Source: Eledone cirrhosa (Eukaryota). From it: a stretch of DNA of 64,000 bases. The translations under genes and the position numbers were made by a program. The DNA is taken from contig OZ024753.1 in the NCBI GenBank assembly GCA_964016885.1, forward strand, positions 28,830,001 through 28,894,000, written 5' to 3'. The notes below the pieces were generated by a model. The model was not told the origin of the DNA. It ran no database searches and saw only the letters and a list, made by a program, of their open reading frames with translations. This document shows, piece by piece, positions 1 through 11,768 of the stretch. Position 1 is the first letter of the stretch, and each line of letters starts with the position of its first letter.

Positions 1-90
1 TGGCCCACAATGTGCTAAATATAGCTGCTCTATCTTTCTCTCCAATCACACTGTACTAGCCTTTAACAAAAATTGAGGGCACAATAGTTA

Positions 91-508
91 CCCTTTAGCA
101 TTTCCATTACTCTATATTTACTGTTATATTTTCATGGTGAAGGCTTTACCTCACATAATTATCTCACATACCTCGCATAACATTTCCATTACTCTATATT
201 TACTGTTATATTTTCATGGTGAAGGCTTTACCTCACATAATTATCTCACATACCTCACATAACATTTCCATTACTCTATATTTACTATTGTATTTTCACT
301 GTAAAGGCTTTACCTCACATAATTATCTCACATACCTCGCATAACATTTCCATTACTCTATATTTACTATTGTATTTTCACTGTAAAGGCTTTATTTCAC
401 ATAATTATCTCACATACCTCGCATAACATTTCCATTACTCTATATTTACTATTGTATTTTCACTGTAAAGGCTTTATTTCACATAATTATCTTGCATAAT
501 ATTGAATC
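91..508 (+). repeat. 82-bp tandem repeat (~5 copies) amplified from the 5' part of a piggyBac-like MITE
   Basis: CATTTCCATTACTCTAT recurs at 99, 181, 263, 345 and 427. The array begins with CCCTTTAGCATTT, the terminus of the MITE copies at 42088 and 43248. Confidence 0.85.
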
Positions 509-509
509 T

Positions 510-1085
510 AAGTTACAACTCTTTACGATCTGAGTTTAAATCCTGCCATGGTTAGCTTTGCCTTTCATCTTTACGGGGTCAATAAAATAAAGTACCAGTA
601 ATGCACTGGGGTCAATTTAGTCGACTTTCCCCTTGCCCAAAATTGTTGGTCTTGTGGCTAAATCAGAAACCATTAATATCAACTAAGTACTGAGGTTGAT
701 TTAACCAGCTAAACCAACGTTTGCGGCCTTCTGGTCGATAAATTATAGTACCAGTAATTCACTGGAGTCGATCTAGTCGACTTTCCCTTTCCCTTTGGAG
801 TGCTGGCCTTGTGCCTATAGTAGAAACCAATATTAATATCAACTAAGTATTGAGGTTGATTTAATCAGCTAAACCCAGCCCTAATATTTGCAGCCTTGTG
901 GCCGATAAATTATAGTACCAGTAATTCACCGGGGTTGATTTAGCCAACTTTCCCTTTCCATTTGGTGTGCTGGCCTTGTGCCTATAGTAGAAACCAATAT
1001 TAATATCAACTAAGTATTGAGGTTGATCTAATCAGCTCGATCCAACCCTAACATTTCAGGCCTTATAGCTATGTTAAAAATCAAT
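510..1085 (+). mobile_element. SINE (Nin/Deu-like core), 3' part tandemly triplicated
   Basis: B-box-like GAGTTTAAATCC and core GCCTTTCATCTTTACGGGGTCAATAAAATAAAGTACCAG. The block AGTACCAGTAAT...TAGAAACC...AATATCAACTAAGTA repeats at ~591, ~747 and ~914. Confidence 0.75.
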
Positions 1086-1509
1086 ATTTATATGAATTTA
1101 TTTATGAGTGTAGTTGGCATCCTAAATAGAGTTAGTTGATAAATCAGTTGGGAGGTCAGTCATTAGTAGTCTATTATCCACACTGTTTTGTGCCAATGAA
1201 CAAAATACTTAATTCTTATAATAAAACCAGTTAGGATATAAATTTTATGACCACGAGGAAGAAGAAAAATCTCTCATAGCTCCTTTGTTGAGAGAGGGGG
1301 GGGGGGCGGATTATAGAGTTGTTCTTTAGACCCAAATTGCTAATAAGGGAATATTGTTGTAATGAAATAATATGGTGCAGTGAAGAGAGAGAAAGTGTGG
1401 GAGGAGAGGAGAGAGTGGGAGGAAAGCAAATGAAAGAGTTGTACTAGAGGAGAATGTGAGATGGAAGAAGTGAAAAGGCAAAGCAAGTTGGGCACAAGCA
1501 CTATACAAA

Positions 1510-1675
1510 CTCTCTTTCTCTCTCGTTTTCTCACTCTCGTTTTCTCACTCTCCTCCTCTCTCTCTCTCATTTTCTCACTCTCCTCCTCTCTCTCTCATTT
1601 TCTCACTCTCCTCCTCTCTCTCTCATTTTCTTTCTCTCGTTTTCTCTTTCATTCTCTCTCCCTCTCTCCATATAT

Positions 1676-1774
<99 letters not shown>

Positions 1775-1835
1775 AATATATAAATATATATATAAATATA
1801 TATATATATAAATATATAAATATATATATATATAA

Positions 1836-1920
<85 letters not shown>

Positions 1921-1929
1921 TATATATAA

Positions 1930-1997
<68 letters not shown>
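1510..1997. repeat. TC-rich tract followed by (TA)n microsatellite with TAAA interruptions
   Basis: Directly visible. Confidence 0.95.
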
Positions 1998-1999
<2 letters not shown>

Positions 2000-2745
2000 A
2001 GAGAGGGAGAGAGAATGAAAGAGAAAACGAGATTAATCATTTTCAAAGGTATCTATATTTGAAGTTCTAGTTAAACTTTAATTGGTAACCTACCTAGCTG
2101 TGTGTGCTTACACACTTTACAAATTATCTTCTGTGATTGTTTCATATGTTTATTTTAGATATATATATATATGTCAATCAATTTCTAGTTGATATAAAAT
2201 GCTCGGATCTATTCATTGGAATCTTTGAGCATATTCTACAGTGGATATGGTGCATGTCTCTCGGACATGACACCCTTAATTTAATTTTGGATATATATAT
2301 ATATATATAAATATAATTCAGAGAGAATCGTATTTCGGCTGGTAGAAAAAGTGAAACGAAAGGCAAAATCGTAGAAATGCTGGCAAGCGCTCAATAGTTA
2401 AAAAACTAGAACTAAACAATAAGTTAAAATGCCATACAAACTGAAAAAGTGGTTAAGAAGGCATTAACCACATAAGCCAAAAAACAAATCAAGCTAAACA
2501 GGTCAAATAAAATAAATGATAAAAACCGACCTGGACCCAAATGGAATTGGTGGTAAAATCCAAATGTAGGGTTTCTATGACACCTAAATCAATAATACTG
2601 TCTGCTTAAAACTATAAGCTTTCAGCATAAAGATCGAACAAGGAATATCACGTTATCAACAGGTAATTTTGCTCTGTAACCAATTTTGCGGGTGACGCAG
2701 AAGTTAGTAAACGCACATGCGTAAGTCACAAATATCGTCCGCACC

Positions 2746-2783
<38 letters not shown>

Positions 2784-2784
<1 letters not shown>

Positions 2785-3450
2785 TGGGTGCGGACGATAT
2801 TTGTTCGCAAGATTACTGTCTAGGAAAAAATAACACAGTAGTTTTATTTTTGAAGATTTATTTATCAAACTTGGGTCAGTTTGTCTGCATGACTTGTTCT
2901 TTCAATCTCACTCAATAAACCTGCCATTGGCTTTGATGACGGCCTCAAGGCGGCCTCGGAACCGGCTACAGGCCTTCGTCACTGTCCCCCGACTTAGGCC
3001 CTAAAGGCACTTGTGATCCTGGCCTTCAGATCGTCTTTCGTATTGCAGCTAGATCTGTTGGTGTCTCGTTCCACTGCGCCCCACACAAAGAAGTCGAGGG
3101 GGTTGCAGTCAGGCGAGCTGGGAGGCCAGATGTCAGGTGAAATGTGGTCGACGAAGTTTTCTGACAGCCAGGCTTGGGTCTTTCGGCTGGTATGGCAGGG
3201 CGCTGAGTCTTGCTGCCACATGTACGACCTACCTGCAACTACCTGGTCGATCCAGGGCTTTACTACCTCGCTCAGAACGCAGATGTAGCCATCGGTGTTC
3301 AGCTTGAGGCCTTCAGGGAAGAAGTGAGATGGCATGACATCACCTTGACTGCTGACAACACCTAAGACCAATGTTGTCGCATGACTCTGGGCACGTCTTT
3401 GGATGAGACAGCGAGCCACCTGTTGTTCTGGGAGTTGATCTTCTGGCCTT
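2784..3450 (-). mobile_element. 5'-truncated Tc1/mariner transposon of the DD37D (maT-type) family, frameshifted transposase
   Basis: WQQDSAPCH...WPPSSPDCNPLDFFVW has 37 residues between the 2nd and 3rd catalytic D. Other frames give KINSQNNRWLA and the C-terminus KACSRFRGRLEAVIKANGRFIE* (stop ~2908). TIR CTGGGTGCGGACGATATTTG at 2784 follows TA. Confidence 0.9.
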
Positions 3451-3642
3451 ATTTGTCCTCCCGGCGCGGATTCCAAGAAGAACTCCGTGTCTCTTCCACA
3501 AATTTGGAGGTTCAAAATTATTCATAATCAATTATTCTGAAAATAAATAATGGAAATATAGTCACTGTTTTTATGAAGACAAGAGTGACAGCGGAAGTAA
3601 AATAAATTTGCATAAAATTAGCAGTTGAAAATTGCAAACAAA

Positions 3643-3980
3643 TGGAGGCACATAGTTTAGTGGTTAGAGCATATGCCTTGCAATCGAAAGGTTGTGAGTT
3701 CAATTCTCAGACCAGGTGATGTGTTGAGCAAGATATTTTATTTCACATTACTCCAGCTTACTCAGCTATAAAAATGAGATGATAGGGACTGGGGTCCATA
3801 TCATTCCACTGCAAAGTGGTCGTGGAGGTACCACGGCAAAAAAGCACCCAGCACTCACTGTAAATGAGGTTTGTGTTAGGAAGGGCATCCAGCTGTAGAA
3901 ATCAAGCCAGAATCAGTTTCCATCCCACCCTTGCAGGCTGGGAAAAAGCGGACGTAAAATGAAATGATGATGATGATGAT
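3643..3980 (+). mobile_element. tRNA-derived SINE (family A) with RTE-like tail ending (GAT)n
   Basis: A-box TAGTTTAGTGGTTAGAGC, B-box GAGTTCAATTC, core TTGAGCAAGATATTTTATTTCAC, tail GTTAGGAAGGGCATCCAGC...CGGACGTAAAATGAAATGATGATG. Confidence 0.9.
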
Positions 3981-4436
3981 ACATCACACAAACACACACA
4001 CTCTCTGTGGAAGAAGAAGGTGATGATGAAAACTATCAGAGAAATGAGATTTGTAAGATCTCAGTATTAGAATTAACTCTTAACATCTTGTTATGATTTA
4101 GCATGTGTATACATATGCATCTATGTATCTGTTTGTGTTTATGTATGTGAGAAAGTGTGTCTTTTGGCTCAAGATCGCAAGGTTTTGAGTTTGAATTCAA
4201 ATTGCTCCAGTCCACTCAGCTGGCAAAAATGAGTGTACCAAGGGCCAGAATTGTCACATTCTATGACATGATGAATCTCTCTAAGAACTATGTTGACGGT
4301 ACATGTTTCTGTGGAATGCTCAGCCACTTGCACGTTAATTTCTTGAGAAGATTCTGTTAATCAAACAGCTGGAACTATCGTTGCCATGACCTGGAGTGCC
4401 AGTTTATGTATGTATGTATGTATTTATATATGCTAT

Positions 4437-5048
4437 TTGGTGCTACTGGTAACATGTATCCTTGGTGCTACTGGTAACATGTATCCCAGTACAACCTGTC
4501 TCATGGTCGGGTCGTTGGCGACTAAACTGGCAACCTCACCAAGGTTTCTTGGTGAGGAGGGTGACTTTGGACATCCTGCAGGACTAAAAACAAAACCTGT
4601 CAAAAGGCAAAGGAGCTCTTAAGAATCAATGGCCATCCAAAATCACCGGGAGAGATGACTCCTTAGCCTTTGTCAAGGCAGAATTCTAGGAGAAGGAAAA
4701 CTCTGATATAACACCTGATGGTATCCAATGATGTTGACTTGTTCTTCTTTTTGGTAAATATCATCTTGGTTAAGAGAGTGGGACTGGCTTTGTGCAGTAC
4801 CTTTGCTCACTATAAAAGCTTCACGGCACAGACATTGCTTTATGTCTGGAGATCTCTCTGCACTTGTCGTGACATGGTACCATGGGCCCAGCACTGTGTC
4901 AATAATTGTCACACGTGTAGTGTTTGTACCAGAGTTTTCAAGTTGCTGGCTGGGCTAAAAAGTTACACTTGTTCAGCGCATCGGTAGGGTTTCTCCAACA
5001 TGGATATAAAGTAGTGGCCGTACTCGAAAACGAGTTGGCAGCCACCAT
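4437..5048 (+). mobile_element. Bipartite non-autonomous RTE-derived retroelement, copy 1
   Basis: Highly similar to 30895-31478. Shares CTAGGAGAAGG..AACTC(T/C)GATATAA and AGAGAGTGGGA(C/T)TGGCT with the RTE 5' UTR at 20.1-20.3 kb, and the terminal TGGCC.TACTCGA.AACGAG..GGCAGCCA with the RTE 3' end at ~24260-24292. Confidence 0.85.
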
Positions 5049-5301
5049 TTATATATGCATGTTTATATGTGCGTGTATATGCATGTATGACCATTGTTTT
5101 AACACCCACTTTTCTTTGTGTTTGTATATGTATGTGTGTGTGTGTATATGTATGTGTGTATTTATATATGTATATATGTATGTGTATTTATATATGTATA
5201 TATGTATGACCATTGTTTTTAACATCCACTTTCCCTTGTATGTATGTATAATGTGTGTGTGTGTGTGTGTGTATATCTATGTGTGTATGTGTGTGTGTAT
5301 G

Positions 5302-5340
<39 letters not shown>

Positions 5341-5884
5341 ATGTATTCAAGTTATGTGTGTATGTATGTAACCAAGTATTTATTCTGCTCAACGTGGTCA
5401 CTCCCTTGTCAGTGAGACCATCAGAAATGTTATGAACCAGTGATTATCCCATTGGACATCGATAAACAATTCTGTTTTTCATAAATACATGATATAAAAT
5501 AACTACAAAAATTTAAGAAACAAAAACCAATTTACACATCGTGAAATCTAATAGTTCAGAAATTCTCCTGAGACTCTTTGTGCTGTTGTATGAATTAATG
5601 TGCTATATTTTATATAATTTGTTACATAATATGTTTGTTATATTAACTATCAACAATAAAATGTATGCATCCAGTTTAGATGCATACATGTCTTGGCTAC
5701 CTCTACACTGTATGTATACGGGTATAACGTTACTGTACACTTAGTGTACAGCTTAATGTGTATGTGTGTGTGTCTGTCTGCCATACTTAAAGAAAAGTAC
5801 TAGTTGTAGAAAAGCAGCTGTAAAAAAGAATAGGATGATGATGGTTATGAATGACAGTTATAGGGTAAAGGATAAAGAACTCCC

Positions 5885-6197
5885 CCCCCCCCCTTCGGTC
5901 ATGAATGACCATGGGATTTGCGCCTAGAAAGTTCTCCCTTTGAGGCACAAGTCTGGGCATGGTTGTTTTATAGAAAACCAGCCATTACCCATGCATGTCT
6001 CCTCTCTCCACATCAACAATGTTGTCCAAGGGAAAAGTAATGGCCAATACATCTTGGCACCAGTGATGTCACAAATCATTTCTGCAGCTGAGAGAACAGG
6101 AGCAACATGAAATAAAGTGTCTTGCTCTGGGAATGGAACTCACAACCTTATGATTGCAAGCTCAATGCTCTAACCCCTAAGTCATATGCCTTCACAT
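5885..6197 (-). mobile_element. tRNA-derived SINE, family A head with a different tail (same tail as 52045-52265)
   Basis: Reverse-complement head GAAGGCATATGACTTAGGGGTTAGAGCATTGAGCTTGCAATC. Tail CTTTCTAGGCGCAAATCCCATGGTCATTCATGACCGAAGG matches ~52220-52260. Confidence 0.8.
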
Positions 6198-6348
6198 GAC
6201 AGTTATGCAATTTATATGTTTAAAGGTCTTTAGAATAGGCCTCAAAGTGTTAAAAGCTTTTGAAAGCTATCTTCTAGGATGGCTTGTTTCAAATTAAAAT
6301 GTAAACAAAACAATATTGTTGTTATATATATAAATATATACATACATG

Positions 6349-6380
<32 letters not shown>

Positions 6381-6457
6381 TATATAAAAGGGTGAAAGCA
6401 GTGATTCTTTGCTTAAACTTTAATCTGTTATTTTAATAAATATATATATATATATAT

Positions 6458-6894
6458 CATCATCATCACCATTTTATGTCCGTTCTTCCACTCTAGCATG
6501 AGTGAGATGGGCTGTCCTGCTGTGGGCAGTGTCCAGTCGGCTGACCTTGTCTTGCTCATATGGGAACTGATTCTGGCTTGATTTCTACAGCTGGATGCCC
6601 TTCCTAACACCAACTTCATTTACAGTGAGTGCTGGGGCTTTTTTTCCGTGGCGCCTACACGTCCACTTTACAGTGTGGGCTGGGTGCTTTTTTGCCATGG
6701 CACCTCCATGACCACTTTGTAGTGGAATGATATGGACTCCAGTCCCTATCATCTCATTTCTACAGCTGTGTAAACTGGAGCAATGTGAAATAAAATGTCT
6801 TGCTCAAGGAAACAACACATCACCTGGTCCGAGAATTGAACTCACAACCTTTTGATTGCAAGCCCAATGCTCTAACCATGAAGCCATGTGCCTT

Positions 6895-6897
<3 letters not shown>
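6458..6897 (-). mobile_element. tRNA-derived SINE (family A), full length
   Basis: Reverse-complement match to the 3643 and 58613 copies, with (CAT)n tail on the left. Confidence 0.9.
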
Positions 6898-6931
<34 letters not shown>

Positions 6932-7476
6932 GCTAGCATGGAAGATGGACGTTAAACGATGATATATATATATATACATACACACACTTTGTCATTATAC
7001 AATCTTGTGACAACGAACCACAATGCTTTAAACACTTGACAATTGTTTGTTCTAAAGCTTCAAACATCCTTGTCATCTCGATAATCGATATTGACCATTA
7101 GTGTGATTAACTATCTGTCTGTTTAATAATTATTGTCATTATCATTGCTAAAGAATTCTATCAGCTGCTTTCCTCTGTATCCGGCTTTCTGGAACTATTG
7201 ACACCACTCGCCACATCCTCAGCCACCCAATCCAGTAGTAACCTGATACTGATGGAGCTAATTTTACGATTTGGATATAGTTGTGTAATGGTAAAGGTGG
7301 TGGTGGTGGTAGCGACAGTGGTAGAAGCCACTGCAATTCAACTAGTAACATTAATAGCAATAACATAGTGTAAGTTTCTTTCAACAGCTTGTACCGAGTT
7401 AGTTATAAAGGAACATCTAGTTAGTTGTTTGTAAGAAGGTAGAGAGTTAGAGAAGGAAGTGTGTGAATGTAGAAAT

Positions 7477-7813
7477 CATCATCATCATCATCATTTTATG
7501 TCCGCTTTTCCCTGCTTGCAAGGGTTGGACGGGAACTGATTCTGGCGTGATTTCTACAGCTGGATGCCCTTCCTAACACAAACCTCATTTACAGTGAGTG
7601 CTGGGTGCTTTTTTTCCATGGCACCTCCACGACCACTTTGCAGTGGAATGATATGGACCCCAGTCCTATCATCTCATTTCTACAGCTGAGTAAACTGGAG
7701 CAATGTGAAATGAAGTGTCTTGCTCAAGGAAACAACACATCACCCGGTCTGAGAATTGAATTCACAACCTTTCGATTGCAAGGCCAATGCTCTAACCACT
7801 AAGCCATGTGCCT
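7477..7813 (-). mobile_element. tRNA-derived SINE (family A), full length
   Basis: Close reverse complement of 3643-3980 and 58613-58951. Confidence 0.9.
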
Positions 7814-8021
7814 CTAAATAAGGAGTCAAATCAAATGTTGTATTGTGTGGACTTGGGAATCTTCATAGACCTGACTGCCTATTGTTACTCTATATATACA
7901 CTCTGTAAGCTACAGCTACCTTAAACATGGAGCACAGCCCAACTAGAGATGGACCCCGTAACAGCATTGAATGCTTCGAGCAGCATCGCCACTAGTAACC
8001 ACAAGTTACTCACTTAAATAA

Positions 8022-8057
<36 letters not shown>

Positions 8058-8425
8058 CATATGTGGTTGTGCTTTTGTTCTGTGTATGAACATAAAAAGA
8101 TAATGTGTGTGTGTATGTATTTTTTATATAAATATATATATACATTTGTTTTACTTTAAATAATGACAGGTTTTGTAAAGTTCCTTTTATGTACATACAT
8201 ACATGTGTAGAAATCTATATTTAAAATATATATCCAAATAATCATTGTACCATAGATTTAATATTGAAAGTCTTTTTGTTTAAGTAATCACAGATCAATA
8301 TATTGTCTTAAAATCTATTTCTTTGTTTTGGCTTCTGTTATTCAAATTCAATTTAGTGATTTTTGTTTTTAATGATTTCAAAAGTAGTTTAAAATTTTGA
8401 AATACTAAAAGGGAAAAAATATATA

Positions 8426-8525
8426 CAGGGTGTCCCAAAAATGTATACACACTTCAACAGCATTCTAATAAATATTGCCTGTACAGATAATCTAAGTGTG
8501 TATATATTTTGGGGGGGACACTCTG
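8426..8525. mobile_element. Tc1/mariner-type MITE (~100 bp)
   Basis: TA-CAGGGTGTCCCAAAAATGTATACACACTT ... AAGTGTGTATATATTTTGGGGGGACACTCTG-TA inverted termini; several relatives in the window. Confidence 0.85.
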
Positions 8526-8964
8526 TATATTACTAATTGTTTCTACTTTAAGTACAGAAATTACCTCAGTTCATTGATGGTGCTTGATTTTATCGACCCC
8601 ATAAGGATGAAAGGCTAAGAAGTTTGATTTGCAAACATATAGGTTTGGGTTCAGTCCCACTGCATGGCACCTTGAGTGTCTTCTGCCATTCCCTTGGGTT
8701 TGACCAATTCCTTGTGAATTGAATTTGGTACATAGTAATTGTATGAGGGTCCATTGTATGTGTAGGTATATATTTGTATAACGTTTGCTAATATACAGGG
8801 TGAGGCAAAAGTCACACATTATAGGGGTTAATTAATTAATCATGTTTTAAAGTTTCAGGTGTAATTATCATATGGAGGAGGGGTATATTTTCCTACATAT
8901 TGTTTATGTAATTGATAAATATAGTGCACCTGAGCACTGTACACAATAATTTCATTATTATTAT

Positions 8965-9165
8965 TGGTGGTGGATTGGCAGTATCAGTAGAGGGTCTGAC
9001 GCCATGCTTTGCAGCAGAGTTACGGTCCTTTATGGTCTGAGTTCAAATCCCGCCGAGGTTAACTTTGCCTGTCATCCTTACGGGGTCGATAAAATAAAGT
9101 ACCAGTAATGCACTGGGGTTATTGCTGGCCTTGTGCCAAAAGTAGAAACAATTATTATTATTATT
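8965..9165 (+). mobile_element. tRNA-derived SINE (family B, Nin/Deu-like core), (ATT)n tail
   Basis: TGGCAGTATCAGTAGA A-box-like, GAGTTCAAATCCC B-box, core CATCCTTACGGGGTCGATAAAATAAAGTACCAG. Confidence 0.85.
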
Positions 9166-9454
9166 ATAGTATTATTTCTTTCTTTATTAACTGCACAGGG
9201 CTCACATTAAGGAGACATTAAAGACAGTACAGGACGATATTATAGTATTAATAATAATTATAATAGCATTGTGATTTATAATAATAATGATAACAACAAT
9301 AACAATGATTTATTCATAGACAATCAATATGTTTATTAATATTTGAGTGTATAAATAACATCAATACCAACTAACCGTCGAATCATTTTAGTTTTTTGTT
9401 GAGAAGCTTTAAAAAATAACATCACTGTTTAGAAATATTTTTCATCATATATTT

Positions 9455-9478
9455 TTTTTATATATCTATATATCTACT

Positions 9479-9510
<32 letters not shown>

Positions 9511-10010
9511 TATAAATATATATTAATTTATCCACTTAGATATATATATAGTTAGTTATTTATCTACATATTTATATATATTTATTTACTAACACACATA
9601 CACCCATATTTTCTATTTTGCCCCATCATACTACCTCCACCATCACTACACATTTATATTTATTCACTTATATATAGAAATTTATATTTATATACATATA
9701 TATATATATATTTATATTATATACATAAATATATATATATTTATTTATATACATATATATATTTATTTATATACATATATATATTTATTTATATATATAT
9801 ATATATAGTTATATATATATTTTTTATATATATATTTATATATATTTATTCATATATTTAGATTTATATACATATATTTTTTTAATTTATATATATATAT
9901 TTATTTATTTATATATATATATTTATATATATATTTATTCATTTATTTATACATATTTTTATCTTTGTATACATTTATATATATATTTATTTATATATTT
10001 ATATATTTTT
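9455..10010. repeat. AT-rich low-complexity / (TA)n-(TTTA)n tract
   Basis: Directly visible. Confidence 0.9.
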
Positions 10011-10348
10011 CTTTTACATGGTGCCATGACTTAGACTGGGATACAAAACAAGTCCCTTGCATGTGTGAGGCTTTTGTAGTTTAGTTACATTAAAGTAGAT
10101 GACTTGAGTGGAGGAATGAGGCTTTGTACTAGACTCACTAGTTTTTCTCTTTCATTTTTCCTGGTCTTTCCATTGTTTCCACACTTCCCCCATCATCACC
10201 ACCGCCAACAATATATTTATATTCCTTTTATCTTATTTTCTCTCTCTCTACTTCTCTCTCTCTGTATATTTATAATATATATATATAATATATATTATAT
10301 GTATGTATAAAATATATATAATATATATATGTATGTATATATTATATA

Positions 10349-11349
10349 CTAGCATTAAAGCCCGGCGTTGCTCGGGGTCTTTAAGTTACCAAAGTTAGGT
10401 TGCACCACCCATTTTATGGCAGCACTTTTTTGTCTGCCAGGCACTGGGTGAATGAATTGCAGACCTGGAAGCAGGAGCTGCGCCAGCAGTGACAATTGTA
10501 GTTTCGCCTATAGATATTATCTCTGTGCAAAAAAGTGTTGAAATTTATTGTTTCACAGTACTTGCGCAACACGCGCGTAGACGATGCCAGCCGAACAACA
10601 GAGCTGCGATGGAGTTGTTCTGCATGGTTGTCTGTGTGTTTTCTAAATTTAAGACAGTAGGGAGGGTTGTGATATGAGGGAGAGTTAGCTGTTGTTTCTA
10701 GCAGGTTTAGTGACCTCATAGAGGATATGTGTTTTCTAAATTTAAGACAGTAGGGAGTGGTGTGATATGGGGGAGAGTTAGCTGCTGTTTCTAGCAGGTT
10801 TAGTGACCTCATCGAAGATATGTTTTCTAAATTTAAGACAGTAGGGAGGGGTGTGAATGGGGGAGAGTTAGCTGCTGTTTCTAGCAGGTTTAGTAACCTC
10901 ATAGAGGATATGTGTTTTCTAAATTTAAGACAGTAGGGAGTGGTGTGGGGAGGGGTGTGATATGGGGGAGAGTTAGCTGCTGTTTCTAGCAGGTTTAGTA
11001 ACTTCATAGAGGATAATGTGTTTTCTAAATTTAAGACACTAGGGAGTGGTGTGAACGGACAGTATCACCATCAAGCTTGGAAAGAGAAAGTAGCAGAAAG
11101 TATGAAGTTGTATAGATTTTGAATGGTAGTAGAAAGAGTTCAGCAGTTTAAATGAGAGAAAAAAAATCGTAAAATATTGAGTTTTATCTATTTTTTGCGT
11201 AATTGTGGGTGAAATTGAAAAAATTATCTGCGTCAAGACGCAATCGAAACTATTTCGAATACTGAATTGTAAATTTCAATTGAAGAAATTCTATATCGTA
11301 GATTTCTATAACGAAGGAGCATGACCACACTGAGCTTTATAGATTATGA
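10349..11349 (-). mobile_element. Non-autonomous Helitron (~1 kb) with internal ~93-bp minisatellite
   Basis: The minus strand starts A|TC at 11349 and ends with hairpin CCCGAGCAACGCCGGG followed by ...TGCTAG|T at 10349, i.e. canonical TC...CTAG ends in an AT target. Internal tandem unit TTTTCTAAATTTAAGACAGTAGGGAG... x~4.5 at ~10638-11054. Confidence 0.88.
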
Positions 11350-11699
11350 TATATATATATAATATATATTATATATATGTATATATATAATATATATATG
11401 TATATATATAATATATATAAATTATATATATATATATATCATCATCATCGTTTAACGTCCATCTTCCACGCTAGCATGGGTCTGGAAGATATATATATAT
11501 ATGTATATATATATATATGTATATATATAATATATATATATTATATATATATATATGTGTATATATATAATATATATATATTATATATATATATATGTGT
11601 ATATATATAATATATATATATATATTATATATATATATATATGTGTATATATATATATCATCGTCATCATCATTTTACGTCCGCTTTTCCCTGCTTGCA

Positions 11700-11765
<66 letters not shown>
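11350..11765. repeat. (TA)n tract containing two tiny SINE 3'-tail fragments
   Basis: CATCATCATCGTTTAACGTCCATCTTCCACGCTAGCATGGG at ~11440 and CATCATTTTACGTCCGCTTTTCCCTGC at ~11666. Confidence 0.85.

Positions 11766-11768
<3 letters not shown>

Noticed and set aside
3643-3720. tRNA gene (TGC anticodon-like loop) here and at 31872, 58613
   Set aside because: Continues directly into SINE core and tail and lacks a proper acceptor stem; these are SINE heads.
4480-4535. HDV-like ribozyme at the 5' end of the bipartite element
   Set aside because: CCAGT/ACTGG, GG, the GTCG/CGAC hairpin and CTAA are suggestive and some RTEs have such ribozymes, but I could not build P1, P3 and L3; needs a consensus-based search.
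7148-7400. Unique-looking GC-richer stretch as coding exon
   Set aside because: Several frames are partly open but none has a recognisable motif or convincing paired splice sites.
10414-11007. 197-aa repetitive ORF in the Helitron
   Set aside because: Read-through of the ~93-bp minisatellite; no Rep/helicase motifs.
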